The notes beneath the pieces were generated by a model. It was not told the origin of the DNA, did no database searches, and saw nothing but the letters and a program-made list of their open reading frames with translations. This document shows positions 11,575 through 26,460 of a DNA stretch of 64,000 nucleotides, one piece after another. The stretch's first letter is position 1; each line of letters begins with the position of its first letter. Both the position numbers and the translations under genes were made by a program. Source of the DNA: Octopus vulgaris (taxonomy: Eukaryota); the NCBI GenBank assembly GCA_951406725.2, contig OX597821.1, positions 29,822,001 to 29,886,000 on the forward strand, given 5' to 3'.

Positions 11575-12450
11575 TCAGCTGGAGCACCGCCTTTAGTCGA
11601 GCAAATCGACTCCAGGACTTATTCTTTGTAAGCCTAGTACTTATTCGAGCGGTCTCTTTTGCCGAACCGCTAAGTTATGGGGACGTAAACACACCAGCAT
11701 CGGTTGTCAAGCGATGTTGAGGGACAAACACAGACACACAAAAATACACACACACACACGCACACACACATATATGTATAGACATATATACGACGGGCTT
11801 CTTTCAGCTTCCGTCTACCAAATCCACTCACAAAGCTTTGGTCGGCCTGAGGCTGTAGTAGAAGACACTTGCCCAAGGTGCCACGCAGCAGGACTGAACC
11901 CGGAACCATGTGGTTGGTAAGCAAGCTACTTTATTTCATGAAAGATTCGCCATTAAGGCGTTACCTAGAGGGGACATACAAATACAGACAAACATATAGG
12001 GTGTAGTAGCTTAAAACGTTGGTATTTACAATGAAATACATATAATATTTACAATATAAAGTTTTTAAAATTTGGTATTATACAGTAGGGCACGGATCCC
12101 AGCCATCTGGGTAGAACCTTTACTTCTTGATCCGGCCACACTTACCTGGTGCCAGATATACCCAGCTTGCAAGCTACAGACTTCCATCTTTTCGCAAACA
12201 TATCTCGTGACAGACACTTCTTCTCCATCCTGATCTTACTACCGAGGTGGTAACTGAAAAAGTTAACCAACCCCTGGCCGGATACAAAGGTACCTGTCAC
12301 TATACATTTCATACGCGTCTTCCATTCTGTTTCTTTCAGTATGGCTACTACGCAGGAAAAACGAGCCTTCCTTTCCCTGCTGAGGAAAGGAGGTGGCACA
12401 ATCTCAATGATAGACTCCGCTACTTACCACACAGCCACTCCTACGCCTAT
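11575..12450 (-). mobile_element. SINE family A split by an L1/Tx1 insertion
   Basis: SINE body ends ..gcaagctactt (11931) and resumes gctacttaccacacagccactcc (12419). Confidence 0.9.
11932..12418 (-). mobile_element. L1/Tx1-like LINE 3' fragment with 7-bp TSD GCTACTT
   Basis: Frame AESIIEIVPPPFLSRERKARFSCVVAILKETEWKTR..FAKRW resembles Tx1/L1 ORF2 C-termini. AATAAA at the 3' end. TSD at 11925-11931 and 12419-12425. Confidence 0.7.
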
Positions 12451-12746
12451 GTACGATAGATAGATTAGATGATCATAAACTTCTTTCTATTCACAGTCTG
12501 ACTATTCCCCCAGTCGTATCTTACATTCTAATCATTATCACGGGAAATAGTCCTGCCTAGTCATCCAACTTTGTTTTTCCTGTCCGAAGAAATGGCTCGA
12601 TTAACAGAACACTAAATCAAGCGCAGAAAAATTATTATACTCTACTGTAATACTGAATTCTTTTTCTCGCAGGCTCAAATATCAACGGCTGCGTCTGCGC
12701 GCGCGTGTATACTCACACACAAACAAACATGTTTATCTTTATTCTC

Positions 12747-12779
<33 letters not shown>

Positions 12780-12905
12780 TGTATGTATGTATGTATCTGT
12801 TTATGTATATATGTATGTATGAACGTATGTCATGAACACCTAAGCACGCTCTCACAACCACGTATGTCCGTTAGTAATAAAGAACAGTAGATGTATATAT
12901 AAACG

Positions 12906-12938
<33 letters not shown>

Positions 12939-12949
12939 TTAGATATATG

Positions 12950-12985
<36 letters not shown>

Positions 12986-13086
12986 CATGTATACATATAT
13001 ATATGTGTGTATATATACGTATATATATGCATATATATACATACATATACACACGTATATATATATATACACACATACATACATAC

Positions 13087-13117
<31 letters not shown>

Positions 13118-13118
13118 C

Positions 13119-13208
<90 letters not shown>

Positions 13209-13661
13209 TTGTACGTATGTACTTTGGTCTACTCTTTCTAGTTACCGCATTTTTCTCCAAAATATTTATACGTTATTCTTCGTCTGGAAGATTTCTGCTT
13301 TTGATGTTTTTTTTCTCTTTTACAAAGTTTTTGTTAATCTTTTAGGAATATTTAAATTGTTTGAATTACCTCTTTCTTCTCTCAAACCAACGTCGTCTCA
13401 ATTGTTTTTTTTTGTTTTGTTTTTGTTTTTCGGTTTCACCTGGTGGCATAATCTTTCTTTTGTTTCGATGAATTCTTGTTCATCTTTCATCCTAAGCCTC
13501 CTATATTGAATTACAATTTTGTTTTCTTGCTAATATCATTGCTATTTTTTCTTCTGCTTCTGAATCTCTCTCTTCCCCCTCTCTGTCTCTGTGTCTCTGT
13601 CTGTCTCTTCTCTCTCCATCTCTTATGGGTGTGTATATATACATATATTATATATATATAC

Positions 13662-13912
<251 letters not shown>

Positions 13913-14589
13913 CGATTATGTTTTATCGTATATTTTTGTCTTCCGGTTGAATTCCTGTTCAGTATTTTTAATAATACTTTAGTTTATATTTTTATTTTGC
14001 GTGATATTGGAAAATGAAATAATTACACACATACATACACACACAAACACAACTACATCTATACCCGTACAAGCATATAAAATACAAATACGTATGTTTA
14101 TTACGCATTCAAGCACACATATACGCCACCACAAACGCTCAAATTATATGTTGTTTATTGCGAAACGGCATGAAAGTGACTCAATACAGGTTATTGAGTA
14201 TAATTATATTTATTTGTTTCACGCCCTCTCTCAATATTTCAATATTCACAACAGCTCTATCTATTGAAGTGTAGTGAATCAAAAATGGCGTCGGACTGTC
14301 TCTGTTTGATTATTCAGAATTTACATCTAAATATAAATGAACGGGCATGTCTAAAGAGGAAACGACTGTACAAAATCTGATGTCCGAAAATACTATGTTC
14401 ACCTTTGTGTAAGGCTTAGCCTTTCGTATTGGGTTCCTTCATAGCATATGTTTGCACTGTGCCCGTCAAAACGTCTTTCAGAAGCGGGAGTCATTGTATT
14501 TGACGTGTGAACTATATACGTATGTATGTATGTATGTATGTATGAATGTATGTATGTATGTATGTATGTATGTATGTATGTATGTATGC

Positions 14590-14952
14590 ATGCAGTGTCT
14601 GTGCAAGGCCCTGCCTCAGTAAAGCTGGACTCAAGAGTCATCTTCGTTGTCATAAAGCGAGACAGATGAGTGGCAACCTGGCCACTGGTGGTGGTGTAAC
14701 ACACCATACTAATCATATCTGTCGGGCATGTGGAAGAGAGTGTAATTCAGCAGGAGGACTTAAATGACATGCAAAGGTACATGAAGCCCAGTTACAACTA
14801 CAGCCGGCTATTACCAGTAAAGGTTTTAGTTGCCAATTCTGTACAAGACATTGTAGATCTTTAGCTGGGATAAAAAGTCACATTCTATCACAGCACCAGT
14901 AACAGTTAAGCTTCGTGCAATGGTCATACTCGATTACGAGGGGGCAGCCATC
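14590..14952 (+). mobile_element. RTE LINE 3' end encoding three C2H2-like fingers, in (TATG)n
   Basis: CSVCARPCLSKAGLKSHLRCH, CRACGRECNSAGGLK*HAKVH, CQFCTRHCRSLAGIKSHILSQH. Near-identical to 42043-42578 and 48450-48585. Confidence 0.8.
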
Positions 14953-15051
14953 ATGTATGTATGTATGTATGTATGTATGTATGTATGTATGTATGTATGT
15001 ATGTATGTATGTATGTATGTATGTATGTATGTATGTATGTATGTATGTATG

Positions 15052-15083
<32 letters not shown>

Positions 15084-15140
15084 TGTATGTTAGTAAAGTA
15101 TGAGGGTTTTGTTCACAGGTGATCTAAACAATTAGGTACG

Positions 15141-15275
15141 CTAGGTAAGTGCTGTAATGGATAACGTGGGCTCTAAGGTTATAGCCGAGACAGTAGTTAT
15201 GGAGCCATTGCAGATTTCCGATGCAGCGGATATATAATTGTTAAACAGAACGTCAAACATTAAGGCAAGGTAAAC
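15141..15275 (-). CDS. Speculative terminal coding exon (VYLALMFDVLF...ITALT*) of an unknown membrane protein
   Basis: ttacag| acceptor, phase 0, compatible with the phase-0 donor at 20890; extends the hydrophobic stretch. No homology recognised. Confidence 0.25.
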   Translation of the reverse strand, partial: VYLALMFDVLFNNYISAASEICNGSITTVSAITLEPTLSITALT

Positions 15276-16449
15276 CTGTAATAATATTGTATATGATTTG
15301 AGATATTTGCCTTGCCTTAATGTTTGACATATATATATCTGCTGCATCGGAAATATGCGTGTAAGGCGGCGAGCTGGCAGAAATTTTAGCACGTCGGGTG
15401 AAATGCTTAGCGGTATTTCGTCTGCCGCTACATTCTGAGTTCAAATTCCGCCGAGGTCGACTTTTAAGGCAGCTGAATTTCTATGGTTAATGAAAGATTT
15501 TAAACAGGTAACCCCTACCACACCCACATCCACATCCAAATATCTATTTGCATCACATAATTAATTTAATATGAATGCGAGCGCAGAGACACAACTGTTC
15601 TTTAGATAGAAAATTTCTATGGTAATAAGTAATATAGAGAGCATATGTTGCATCAGTTGACATTCTAGTAATGACGTACATCGTGTTAACTGAAGATACA
15701 CTTAAAACTTGATAAACATTGTACATACATTCACTAGTGTACAGTTACAAGTGTAATGCCGCACCTCTTTCGAAATATATATGGGTAGGTATTAAAAGAC
15801 AAAAAGGAAAGCAACATTACGATGAAATAGATTAGCATTATTGAGAAAAAAGCCCACCGTCTGTAACTGTCATTGTCAAATATGTGCAACTCAGAATTTC
15901 ATGATAGTGAAACTACCGGTCCACAAGAAATGAAAAGCGTTAACGTTGTACCGTATGCAAAGAAATACAAGTTCCGAGCTTTCAAACTTATTCCCAAGCA
16001 AGTAGATTTGAAACTTCAGGCTGGTTGAACGTACAGTCAGCACATAGATATTAAGACGTTCAACACAAAATTCCGAGCGGAGAATTAAGCGTAATATTGA
16101 ATCTTAACAATCAATTACACCTTAAGGAAGACACGTTCTTATGATGGGCGCTATGTGGCACATATCCAAGCAAGTCAATCGATACGTAAAATGAAGCAAA
16201 ATCTAATTTATACTACGATTTTCCCTTTCAAGTGACGTGCAGCTGTGAGATGTTCTTTTTATTTAATTTTTTCGTGCGAATCACTTCGTTGTACGTGTGA
16301 CACGTATCTGCGTTAACCAATGAAATCAATGTCCCGAGGCCATCTAGAATTGGATTAAAATGTGTTCGTCATTATAGACTGACAATAACCGTACAAAAGT
16401 TGAAGCTATTGCGGAACCTAAAATAACGGTAGATGACTTTAATCAACTG

Positions 16450-16558
16450 TTAAGAACCACATGACGTAACACGTTGGGCAAGTGTCTTCTACTATATCCC
16501 CGGGGCGACAAAAGCCTCGCGAGCAGATTTGGTTCACGGAAACTGAAATAACCCCGTC

Positions 16559-16624
<66 letters not shown>

Positions 16625-16867
16625 CTATCTATTTATCTATCTATCTTTCTATCTATCTATTTATCTATCCATCTGTCTGTCTGACTGTATATATGTCTGT
16701 CTGTCTTATATCTGTCTGTCTTTCTATATATATGTGTGTGTGTATATGCGTATGTATTTACATATGCACACATACATACACATACGTAAAGACGCAAACT
16801 TACACACACACACACACGCACACACACTCACACACGCACACACACATACAAGCACACACGCACACAG

Positions 16868-16908
<41 letters not shown>

Positions 16909-17130
16909 CGCGTGTGCATCCTTGTGCTTGTATTGTCTTGTAGATGCTTGCCAACGGGTGTTATTTTGTTTACGTCCCATAACTTAATGGTTCACTTGAA
17001 ATGAATGTTAAAATATTTAACACGCTTAAAAGAAATAATTGCTGAGAGCATTTTGTTCCACTATATCTCTTGAGACGGTGTCCAAGAGTGGTCACAGTTG
17101 AATGACTAAAACAAGTAGACTATGAAAGGT
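16450..17130 (+). mobile_element. Degenerate SINE family A with expanded internal microsatellites
   Basis: ttgggcaagtgtcttctactata head part; tail ggtgtccaagagtggtcacagttgaatgactaaaacaagta. Confidence 0.7.
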
Positions 17131-17399
17131 AAAGCTAAAAGGTGTATATAATTCTTTTCAGGAATAGTGGATCTCGAAACACATAGAGCTATATAGCTAT
17201 AACATGTAAATATTCGGTTGAAAAACCCTTCTGAAAGGAGACAGTGGAAAGCTATCTATGGTGTTTTCTATAACTTTATGGGCTTCGAGATTCACTGTTC
17301 CAAAACAACTATATCACATTATAAAACATCTATGACGTCAAATCTCTCTGTCTTTCTTTCGCTTTCTTTCCATTTCTCTCTCTCACACCGCCTCTCTCT

Positions 17400-17460
<61 letters not shown>

Positions 17461-17497
17461 TATAATTAATAATATCAGGGTAATAAAGATTTTAGAA

Positions 17498-18361
<864 letters not shown>

Positions 18362-18367
18362 ATAGAC

Positions 18368-19856
18368 ATGCTTAACCTCAAAAGCTACGTAAGAGACGAT
18401 ATAGACATGCTTAACCACCTCCCTAAAACAGTCAATGAGAAAACCCTTCTAGTATCCTTCGACGTAATTAACCTTTATTCAAACATCCCTCACACCCTAG
18501 GAATAGAAGCGATCACTTTCTGGCTAAATAACTACTCCTTTGAACTCCCAACTCGCATAAATAAAGAACTTATAATAGAAGGACTTAGATTTATTTTAGA
18601 AAACAATTACTTAATTTTTGACAATAATTTCTAGACAAAGATCGGGAACAGCGATGGGCACGCGTACTGCGCCTTCTTTTGCCAACCTAGTGATGGGATA
18701 CCTCGAAAAAATACTCTATCAGATAACACTCGAGAAATATGGAAACACCTTCTCCACTTATATCCAGAACAACTGGAAAAGATACCTCGACGACTGTTTT
18801 ATCCTCTGGGATAAAAGTATAGAGAAACTTGAGGAATTTAAAATACTATTAAATGGAATAAATGATAATATACAATTCACGATGGATCATAACGAAGAAG
18901 AATTACCATTTTTAGACATCCTCATTAAGAAAGCCGGCAACAAAATAGAGACAGATATCTATTATAAACCGACAGACTCCAAACAGTACGTACGCTTTGA
19001 TTCATGCCACCCAAGACACACTAGAATACATGTCCCTTTTTGTTTAGCTAGAAGGATTTGCACCATAGTATCAGACACAAACACGTGACACACACGTCTC
19101 CAGGAACTTAGAACTACACTCATAAATAGAAATTATCCACAGCCCCTAATAGACAGTGCAATTCAACGGGCACTTAAATTAACTATAGAAGACCTGAGAT
19201 AAACAAAACCAAAAAAGAAAGAAAAATTAAAAACCCTTCCCTACATCTCTACACACAACCCACTTAACAATGAGGCCTTCAGCGCCATACTACAAAGCAC
19301 AGCACTACTAAAGGGAGACCCAAAGATGAACCAGATCCTCGAAACACACACCATCATTAAAAGTAAACGGCAACCAAAATCCTTGAAAAGGATTTTAACC
19401 CAAGCTAAACTGCACTCAACATCAACCACAAAACCAGCAGTTAGAAAATGTGGAAGGCCCAACTGCGGAATCTGTGTCATCTTGGTAGAAGGTTCAGAAT
19501 TTATACTAGAACAAGGCCATCAGTTCACCATTAGAACAAACTTCACCTGTGCATCAGAAAACTTAATTTACGTCTTAACATAAGCAGGCTGCAATAGGCA
19601 GTATATAGGCCATACAAAAAATAGCTTACGTAAAAGGATGGCGGTGCATAAATCCCAAATTAGAAACCCTGAATACCGGAAAATACCGGTCAGCGGACAC
19701 ATAGATAGATGTGCTACAAATGAAAATCCGAAATTTACAACTTACCCACTTTACAAATTCAGTGACAGCGTAACCTTCAGCCAACGCCAAAATAAAGAAC
19801 TTTATTTCATCAAAAAATTTAGACCAAGTTTGAACACCCTGGGCCAGGAATATTAA
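18368..19856 (+). pseudogene. Penelope RT + GIY-YIG endonuclease ORF, disrupted
   Basis: SFDVINLYSNIP, GTAMGT, RYLDDCF, LPFLDI, YYKPTD, CGRPNCGIC, NLIYVLT*..QYIGHT..R..H. One frameshift at ~18630 and stops at ~19086, ~19200 and ~19581. Confidence 0.93.
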
Positions 19857-20574
19857 AACAAAACATTGGTCTTCCGAAAAGGAAAAATGAAATTCTACCA
19901 CAATTACAATTATGGAATTACAATTTCTCAGATCTTTAAACAGTCACTCCCGCTTGCAGTGGTGTGTTTTAGGGAAAAATGAATTTATAAAAAAAATCTG
20001 ATCTGATTTTGATTCGTTAAAAAATTGATGACTTTTTTCTTCCGTGGTCAAGCTTGTCATTCTACTTGGTTGGTTTCCTTACAGGATACAGTTGGGGGTC
20101 TTTACCTTGTATTCGTTGAAGTTTGGTTTTGATTGGTTTGGAATTATGTGACGTCAGTGGACAGTGCCAGTGAACCCACCACTTTTGCTGCTACAAATCA
20201 ACAGTCCTCTACTACTAACCCCAACCACCACCAAGGTTGCCAAAATTACGACCAACTACTACGACCAACAATCACTACTGTTGCTACCATTGGAACACAA
20301 GGTAACAAAAAAGCGGTTCCTTTTAATACCAGCAAGAAACAATAATGGACTTCTTCAATACACTCAATATAGCGATTATACCAACTACAGAAAAAACACC
20401 ACCACATGGATTCTATTGAGAACAGTAAGAAACGATTATGAACTTTTCAATTTTCACTTTGTATAATATTTTTGATAAGGTTCGTTTTTTCAAGGACATG
20501 GATTCTATTGAGACCAGTAAGAAACGATTATGAACTTCTCCATTACACTTTTCTTCTCCATTACACTTTTTATA

Positions 20575-20622
20575 ATATTTTTGATAAGGTTCGTTTTTTC
20601 AAGAACCGAAACATGTAAAATT
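20575..20622 (+). ncRNA. Degenerate hammerhead motif in the Penelope pLTR
   Basis: UUGAUAA (vs CUGAUGA)-GGUUC..GAACC-GAAAC-AU-GUA-AAA. Confidence 0.55.
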
Positions 20623-20712
20623 CATAAGAAAATTAAAATTTATCTAATATAGTGGCGTTTTCAAACTTCATTTTTACAAATATATACCCACTCGTATACG
20701 ATCTACTCTTAT

Positions 20713-20783
<71 letters not shown>

Positions 20784-20890
20784 TTATACATATGTAGGTA
20801 TATAGTATATATACATGCACACATACTTTGGTTGCAGCACAAGTTCCTGAATGTTTTTTCTTAGAGGCAATGCAGTAATAACCGAAATAC

Positions 20891-21235
20891 CTGAAGCAGC
20901 ATCAAGAGGATCACCAGAAGTATAATTTGTGCAGCCATCAAACTATACAAGAACATCGCCCTCGGTTTTACGTTTAAAAAATTGGATTTATTTTCTGAGG
21001 TGTGTGCTGTTCGCATTTTTTTACTATTTATTTTTGTGGATTGTTTGGGGAAACGGGAGTGTGAGAAATTTAAACTTTCATTTCCTTCTTCTCTTAAGGG
21101 TGGTTGTATTGGTTTGGTTCTGACGTGTTTTTTTTTTCCTTTTGATTTCCCGGTAAGACATTGGCAGATTTTTCTTGTAAACATAGCTAGTTCTGAATCC
21201 GACTCCACCACCACCATCAGCCTTGTGCTAGCCAT
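20891..21235 (-). CDS. Putative coding exon of an unknown host gene (basic N-region, C-terminal hydrophobic segment)
   Basis: 115 codons of non-repetitive sequence ending MFLYSLMAAQIILLVILLMLLQ at a CAG|GTATTT donor. ATAATGG start context; upstream acceptor ttttag| at 21434. Confidence 0.4.
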
Positions 21236-21353
21236 TATAAGGAAGTTTATTATTAGTATTCGTGGTAGTAGTAACAGTAGCGGTGGTGATAGTGGTGGTA
21301 GTGACTGTAGTAGAAGTAGTAGTAGTAGTAGTAGTAGTGGTAGTAGTAGTAAC

Positions 21354-21410
<57 letters not shown>

Positions 21411-22266
21411 CACCGATGATGGTGATAGCATTCCTAAAATGTAATGCAATAGATGCGCTCTTCCCTAATGAATTTAGAAAGTTTTTTTTAAAGAAAAGTC
21501 TGATTCACATAATGTGGAGAGTAACATTAATACATTTTTGGCTATTAAATTAAAAATTAATTACGAATACTATCAAGTTCAAATAATTACAATCTGCAAG
21601 CGGTGCCGATATTGACTACAACAACAGAACAAAGCAATAGCAACAATCTTTGTCATTGTTGCTGCCGAACTTGGAAGACTTGACCATCAAGCCATTTCTG
21701 AAAAAGCGGAACCATTGGATATGATACGTCTTTGCCCTAAGAATTCATAAAGGGTAGAGCAAAGATAATTGTGACTTACCGCTTTTTTTTCCTTGGGAAG
21801 AAGAGTATTATATTCTTCGGAAGGAATATTTTGCAACAACCCCAGCATATAAGAGGCCAGTTGTCAGATCCGTTAAATGAATCAGTGCATCAGAGGGACA
21901 ATGCGAAGAGGACGTAAAAATTAGTCAAGACTCAAGCAGTATACATAGAGTAGTGGGTTCGTATCACAGAATATTGGGCGAATAAATGTTAGTCACGTCA
22001 GGAATGTGAGCAACAATGCAGGCTCGTGCGTTATGGTGGCTTTCGCAAAACTGTATTGGGAAGTAGTACAACTGCGAGTGAACTGATTAATATTTAGTCG
22101 ATTGTCGCAATAGATCAATGAAAACTGCATATTAATGAAGACTATGGGGCTGTTTCGAAGTAAACCTTATCGTGGGTTTAGTTTTAAAAGCGGTTAGCTT
22201 AGTAGTGTGACGTAGAAAGCCCAAGTCCTACGTGTTCAGTAATAAAAAGAAAACATATCAGAGCTT

Positions 22267-22516
22267 ATTTCGTTTTTGGATTTGGTTTGCAAGATTCTTT
22301 ATATGAGATCGTGTGTTGAAGCATATTCTGTTGTGTCTGGGGAAAGTCATTCTCTTTTAGTGCCTTATTATTTAACACACTCAAGACTATTGAAAAGGTT
22401 GCAAGGTGCAACGAAAATTTTAGAAAATAAAAATAAGAAATAAGTGGAAATTTTACGGGTGAGTGTGTTAAATAATAAGGTAATAAAAGAGAATGACTCT
22501 CCCCAGACACAGCAGA
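22267..22516 (-). mobile_element. Foldback retroelement fragment with ~12-bp TSD (same family as 58350-58696)
   Basis: Arms attctgttgtgtctgggga..aacacactc inverted. TSD atatcaga(g/t)ctt at 22255-22266 and 22517-22528. Confidence 0.8.
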
Positions 22517-22754
22517 ATATCAGATCTTTCTGATAAGAAAGTGTTGAGGAAAGACGTCGTGCAGCATCTAAAGGAGGATATGAACAAAGAAGACTTTGCA
22601 AAATAATTTAGGCAGATAACTATGCAGAAAGCAATGTTAGATATCATAGCCTAGAAGCTCGTAAAGAAGTTAGTGTTTGTTTCAGACCATTTCGTCGGTC
22701 TTGCATAAATACATAATCCCGAACAACTTTCTTCACGAAAACCTCAATTCAATT

Positions 22755-23082
22755 TTTATTGGCTCGGCCATGTAGGGGGACAGGGAGTTATGTACAGGGA
22801 GGATGGTCATACAAAGAGTCACAGGCCATTTCTGGTCCAAGAGAGACTTTAAACCGAGCGGTCGTCGGCATCTTCACTATCTCGTCCGGCAGCTTATTCC
22901 ACGGATCCGCAATCAGGACGGAGAAAGCCCCTCTCCTTCGATTGAGATGAAATCGTCGTAGATAGAGCTTTTCGGAGTGACCCCGCAGCCCACGCTCTGG
23001 AGCAGAAGTGAAAAACAGCTCTTTCGAGATGTTACACTTTCCGCTTATGATGTTGTGAGCGAGAATGAGATCACCACGGCGT
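22755..23082 (-). mobile_element. CR1-clade LINE 3' end
   Basis: RRGDLILAHNIISG..LRGHSEKL..FSVLIADPWNKLPDEIV; AATAAA at the 3' end. Confidence 0.88.
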
Positions 23083-23579
23083 GATTCTACGTGTTTCTAC
23101 ATAAACAGTCGTGTTTATATCTGGTTTTATAGTAGGACACTGACTAGATTGGATCAATTGAACTTGATCGTAAGAGTCGACCGTTTGTATTTGGCGTTTG
23201 TTCTATGACAGCAGATTTCGGTCCATAGTTTAAAATACACTCTGAGCAGGTGGTACCGATCACACAAAAATGTCCTTGTAGTGTCACGGAATTTCACATC
23301 TATTTATCTCGTGTTCAACTCTTTCGTATTATCGTGAATCCCAAGTGGCGGAATTCATACACTGAAAATGATGGGCAGTTCCTATTTCAAAACAAAAAAT
23401 GTGTACGAAGCCTAGGACCTAAATTACAGCGGCCCAATTTGCCGAGCTATCCAAAGAGCTCTTACTATCTATCCACGGTAGTATAGCACATTTCAGTGAA
23501 TACTGAAAGAACAGTACATCTGTAACAAACTTTGTTAGCACTATGTCTTTTCACTCTTAACATATTTATACTTTATTTT

Positions 23580-23780
23580 AGATTCTTTTACTTGTTTCAG
23601 ACAATGGACTGCGGTCATGCTGGAGCATCGCATTCAATGCTTTGGTCGAGGGCAGTACTAATCTGAAATGCAGTACTTATTCAATCGCACGCTTTTTGTT
23701 GAACAATTAGGTCCTGGGGACGTAAACAAGTTAATACCAGTTGTGAATTGGTGATAAATAAACACAAAGAGTTGCACGAA
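23580..23780 (-). mobile_element. SINE family A, 3' fragment
   Basis: ttttacttgtttcag..gactgcggtcatgctggagca..ggggacgtaaaca. Confidence 0.75.
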
Positions 23781-24637
23781 TACATACATACATACATACA
23801 TACATACATACATACGTACACACATCCGTACATAGACAGATATATACATACATACTCATATGCAGACACAAACACTGTCACACACACACATTCACACACA
23901 TATACACACATATAAACATACACGCACCCCTCCTCCACACGAAGGGATTCCGCATAGTTTTCACCTAACAAATTGACTCATAAGACAGAGGTCGGCATAA
24001 AGCAAGAAAAGATTTATCAAGTAACCACACAACGAGACTAACCGCATCCCCACTAAACCACTTGGTTGCCAAACGAGCATCTTATCCATAACGCCATTCA
24101 AAAAACACAGAATATATAATATAGAGCTTCGCAGAGATTTCAACATAAAAGCCAAACTCATCATAACGACTCGCTTTTTAACCCCGAAATTTCAAGTCAA
24201 ATATTTCTTCGTAAAAGATCTATTTTTATAGAAATATGTTCTATGATGTTTTCTCCATAATTTCTATAAATTCTCTGAACTAACTATACTTAATATAACG
24301 ACCACAAGGGAGACGAATCATAAAAATATAAAACATGTGTTGAGCTCATAAACAGAGAATAGTCAAGGCATAAATCAGATTCTTCACCAACGGAATAATA
24401 TTAATGCATTCTATGATATTTTGATTTCTGAAGAAAGTGAGGGTGTGAAAGGAAAGGTTTTCACATAAATTGCTGAAAAAAAGGCGTTCATCTCTAGTAT
24501 AATTACGTAATACATGCTTACATGCTTACACACACACACATACATACATACATATACCCTCTGATATATACTTATATCACTATCTATCTGTCTATCTATC
24601 TATCTATCTATCTATCATTCTATCTATACATATGTGG

Positions 24638-24899
24638 ATACGATATAGTACATATTTAAACACATAGAGAATCAACTTATAGGGATTCTACGCGCTAGAA
24701 AGAACAGCTAAGCTCTATAACCACAAAAAATTCGGGATAATATTCAACAGGAACAAATTTGGAAATGAAAAACATTTAATTTATTCCTGTCGAATTTTAT
24801 CCCGAATTTTTTGTGGTTATAGAACTTAGCTGTTCTTTCTTGCGCGTTGAATCCCTATAAGTGGATTCTCTATGTGTTTAAATATGCACTGTATCGTAT
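24638..24899. repeat. ~115-bp-arm inverted repeat related to the 17.5-18.4 kb palindrome family
   Basis: atacgatatagtacatatttaaacacatagagaatc..caacaggaa / ttcctgtcgaa..gattctctatgtgtttaaatatgcactgtatcgtat. Confidence 0.88.
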
Positions 24900-25261
24900 G
24901 GCAAAACATAGTCTTTTTGACTAAAATTGTTTTATGCGTTAGACCACTGGAAATGTAAATTTTAATTGAATGTATTTAATTTAAATTAAATTCCATTTCC
25001 CTTTGATATGATCATATGTGGATACGTATATGTATACACAAACACACACATATATATATATGTAAGATCCAGCGATCGAGGTGTAGGAAGACAGTTAGCT
25101 TCGAGTTATCCATATTGAATATAAAAGAAATAACTTTCAGGAACAATAGTGGTTTATGGAGACAGAAGTTTCCAATCGCTATGAAACATATGTAGCCCGG
25201 ATTTCCCATACACCATTCCGTAACTAATGTGTGTGTATGTACATAATGTGTGTGTATGTAC

Positions 25262-25292
<31 letters not shown>

Positions 25293-25613
25293 CTAGACGA
25301 CCCTTTGGGTCACCGAGACACTCTGAACTTCCCCGCAGTGGAGTTTTGTTTCGTGGACAGTTGAAACACTCCTGTCACAACCTGGGACCTTGAAGACTGC
25401 TTTATTGCAAGAAAGTATACTGGTCCCTTATTATTTTATATTCAATATTTCATCTATTCAATAAGCCAATCAATATTTCATTTCATTTCACACTATATAT
25501 ATTATTTATACTATATATTCTATATTCTACATTAATATTATAAAGAATATAAGTAAAACATAAATAACAGAGTTGGAATTTATTTGAATAATATATATAT
25601 ATATATATATATA

Positions 25614-26192
25614 TACAGTGGCTGGGCAAAATAATGGAAACACCTTCAAATTTCAAACAAATTTATTTTAATATGGGGCAGGGCCGCCTTTGGCAGTAAT
25701 TACAGGTTGAATTCTACGAGGCATAGACTCGTACAAAGTTTGAATTGTTTCCAAAGGAATTTTTGTCCAATATTCATCTAAGACAGTCTCCAGTTCTTCT
25801 AGTGATGATGGTGGACGACATCGACTCCTTACTTGCTTTTCTAAAATACGCCATAAACGTTCAATAATATTGAGATCTGGGGACTACTGTGGCCAGATAA
25901 GATATTCAGCGTCACTAGAATTTTCGTCACGCCATTCAGTAACAAGTTTAGCTCTGTGAATTGGTGTATTATCATTCTGAAAGATTGCGCTTCCCTCCGG
26001 AAACCGTTCCGCAACTATAAGATGAATTTTATCAGATAAAATGCTTAAATAGACTTGACTATTAATTCTGCCATGAAGGGAAACCATTGGGCCGGCGGAT
26101 TTCCAAGTTATAGCATTCCTCCGCCCCCAAATCATCACAGATACTCCTCCATTTTTAACAGTTGGAAGAACGCAGTCTGGGTCAAATGCTTT

Positions 26193-26193
<1 letters not shown>
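25614..26193 (-). mobile_element. Tc1-like (DD34E) transposon 3' half with TIR
   Basis: [50 protein letters not shown]; TIR tacagtggctgggcaaaataatggaaaca. Confidence 0.93.
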
Positions 26194-26233
<40 letters not shown>

Positions 26234-26298
26234 TTCATACACACACACATATATATATATGTATGTGTATATATATATGTATATATATACATATATGT

Positions 26299-26337
<39 letters not shown>

Positions 26338-26390
26338 TATATATATGTATATATATATATATATGTATATATATATGTATACATATATAC

Positions 26391-26460
<70 letters not shown>

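Larger units (their letters stand above)
18362..20720 (+). mobile_element. Penelope-like retroelement, 5'-truncated, with partially tandem pseudo-LTR
   Basis: RT and GIY-YIG coding region, then 3' region with a direct repeat (20405-20495 / 20497-20603) and a hammerhead-like motif. Confidence 0.93.

Noticed and set aside
23960-24420. Possible decayed Penelope coding remnant (similarly 40920-41700)
   Set aside because: No unambiguous RT or GIY-YIG motif readable by eye; needs a translated HMM search.
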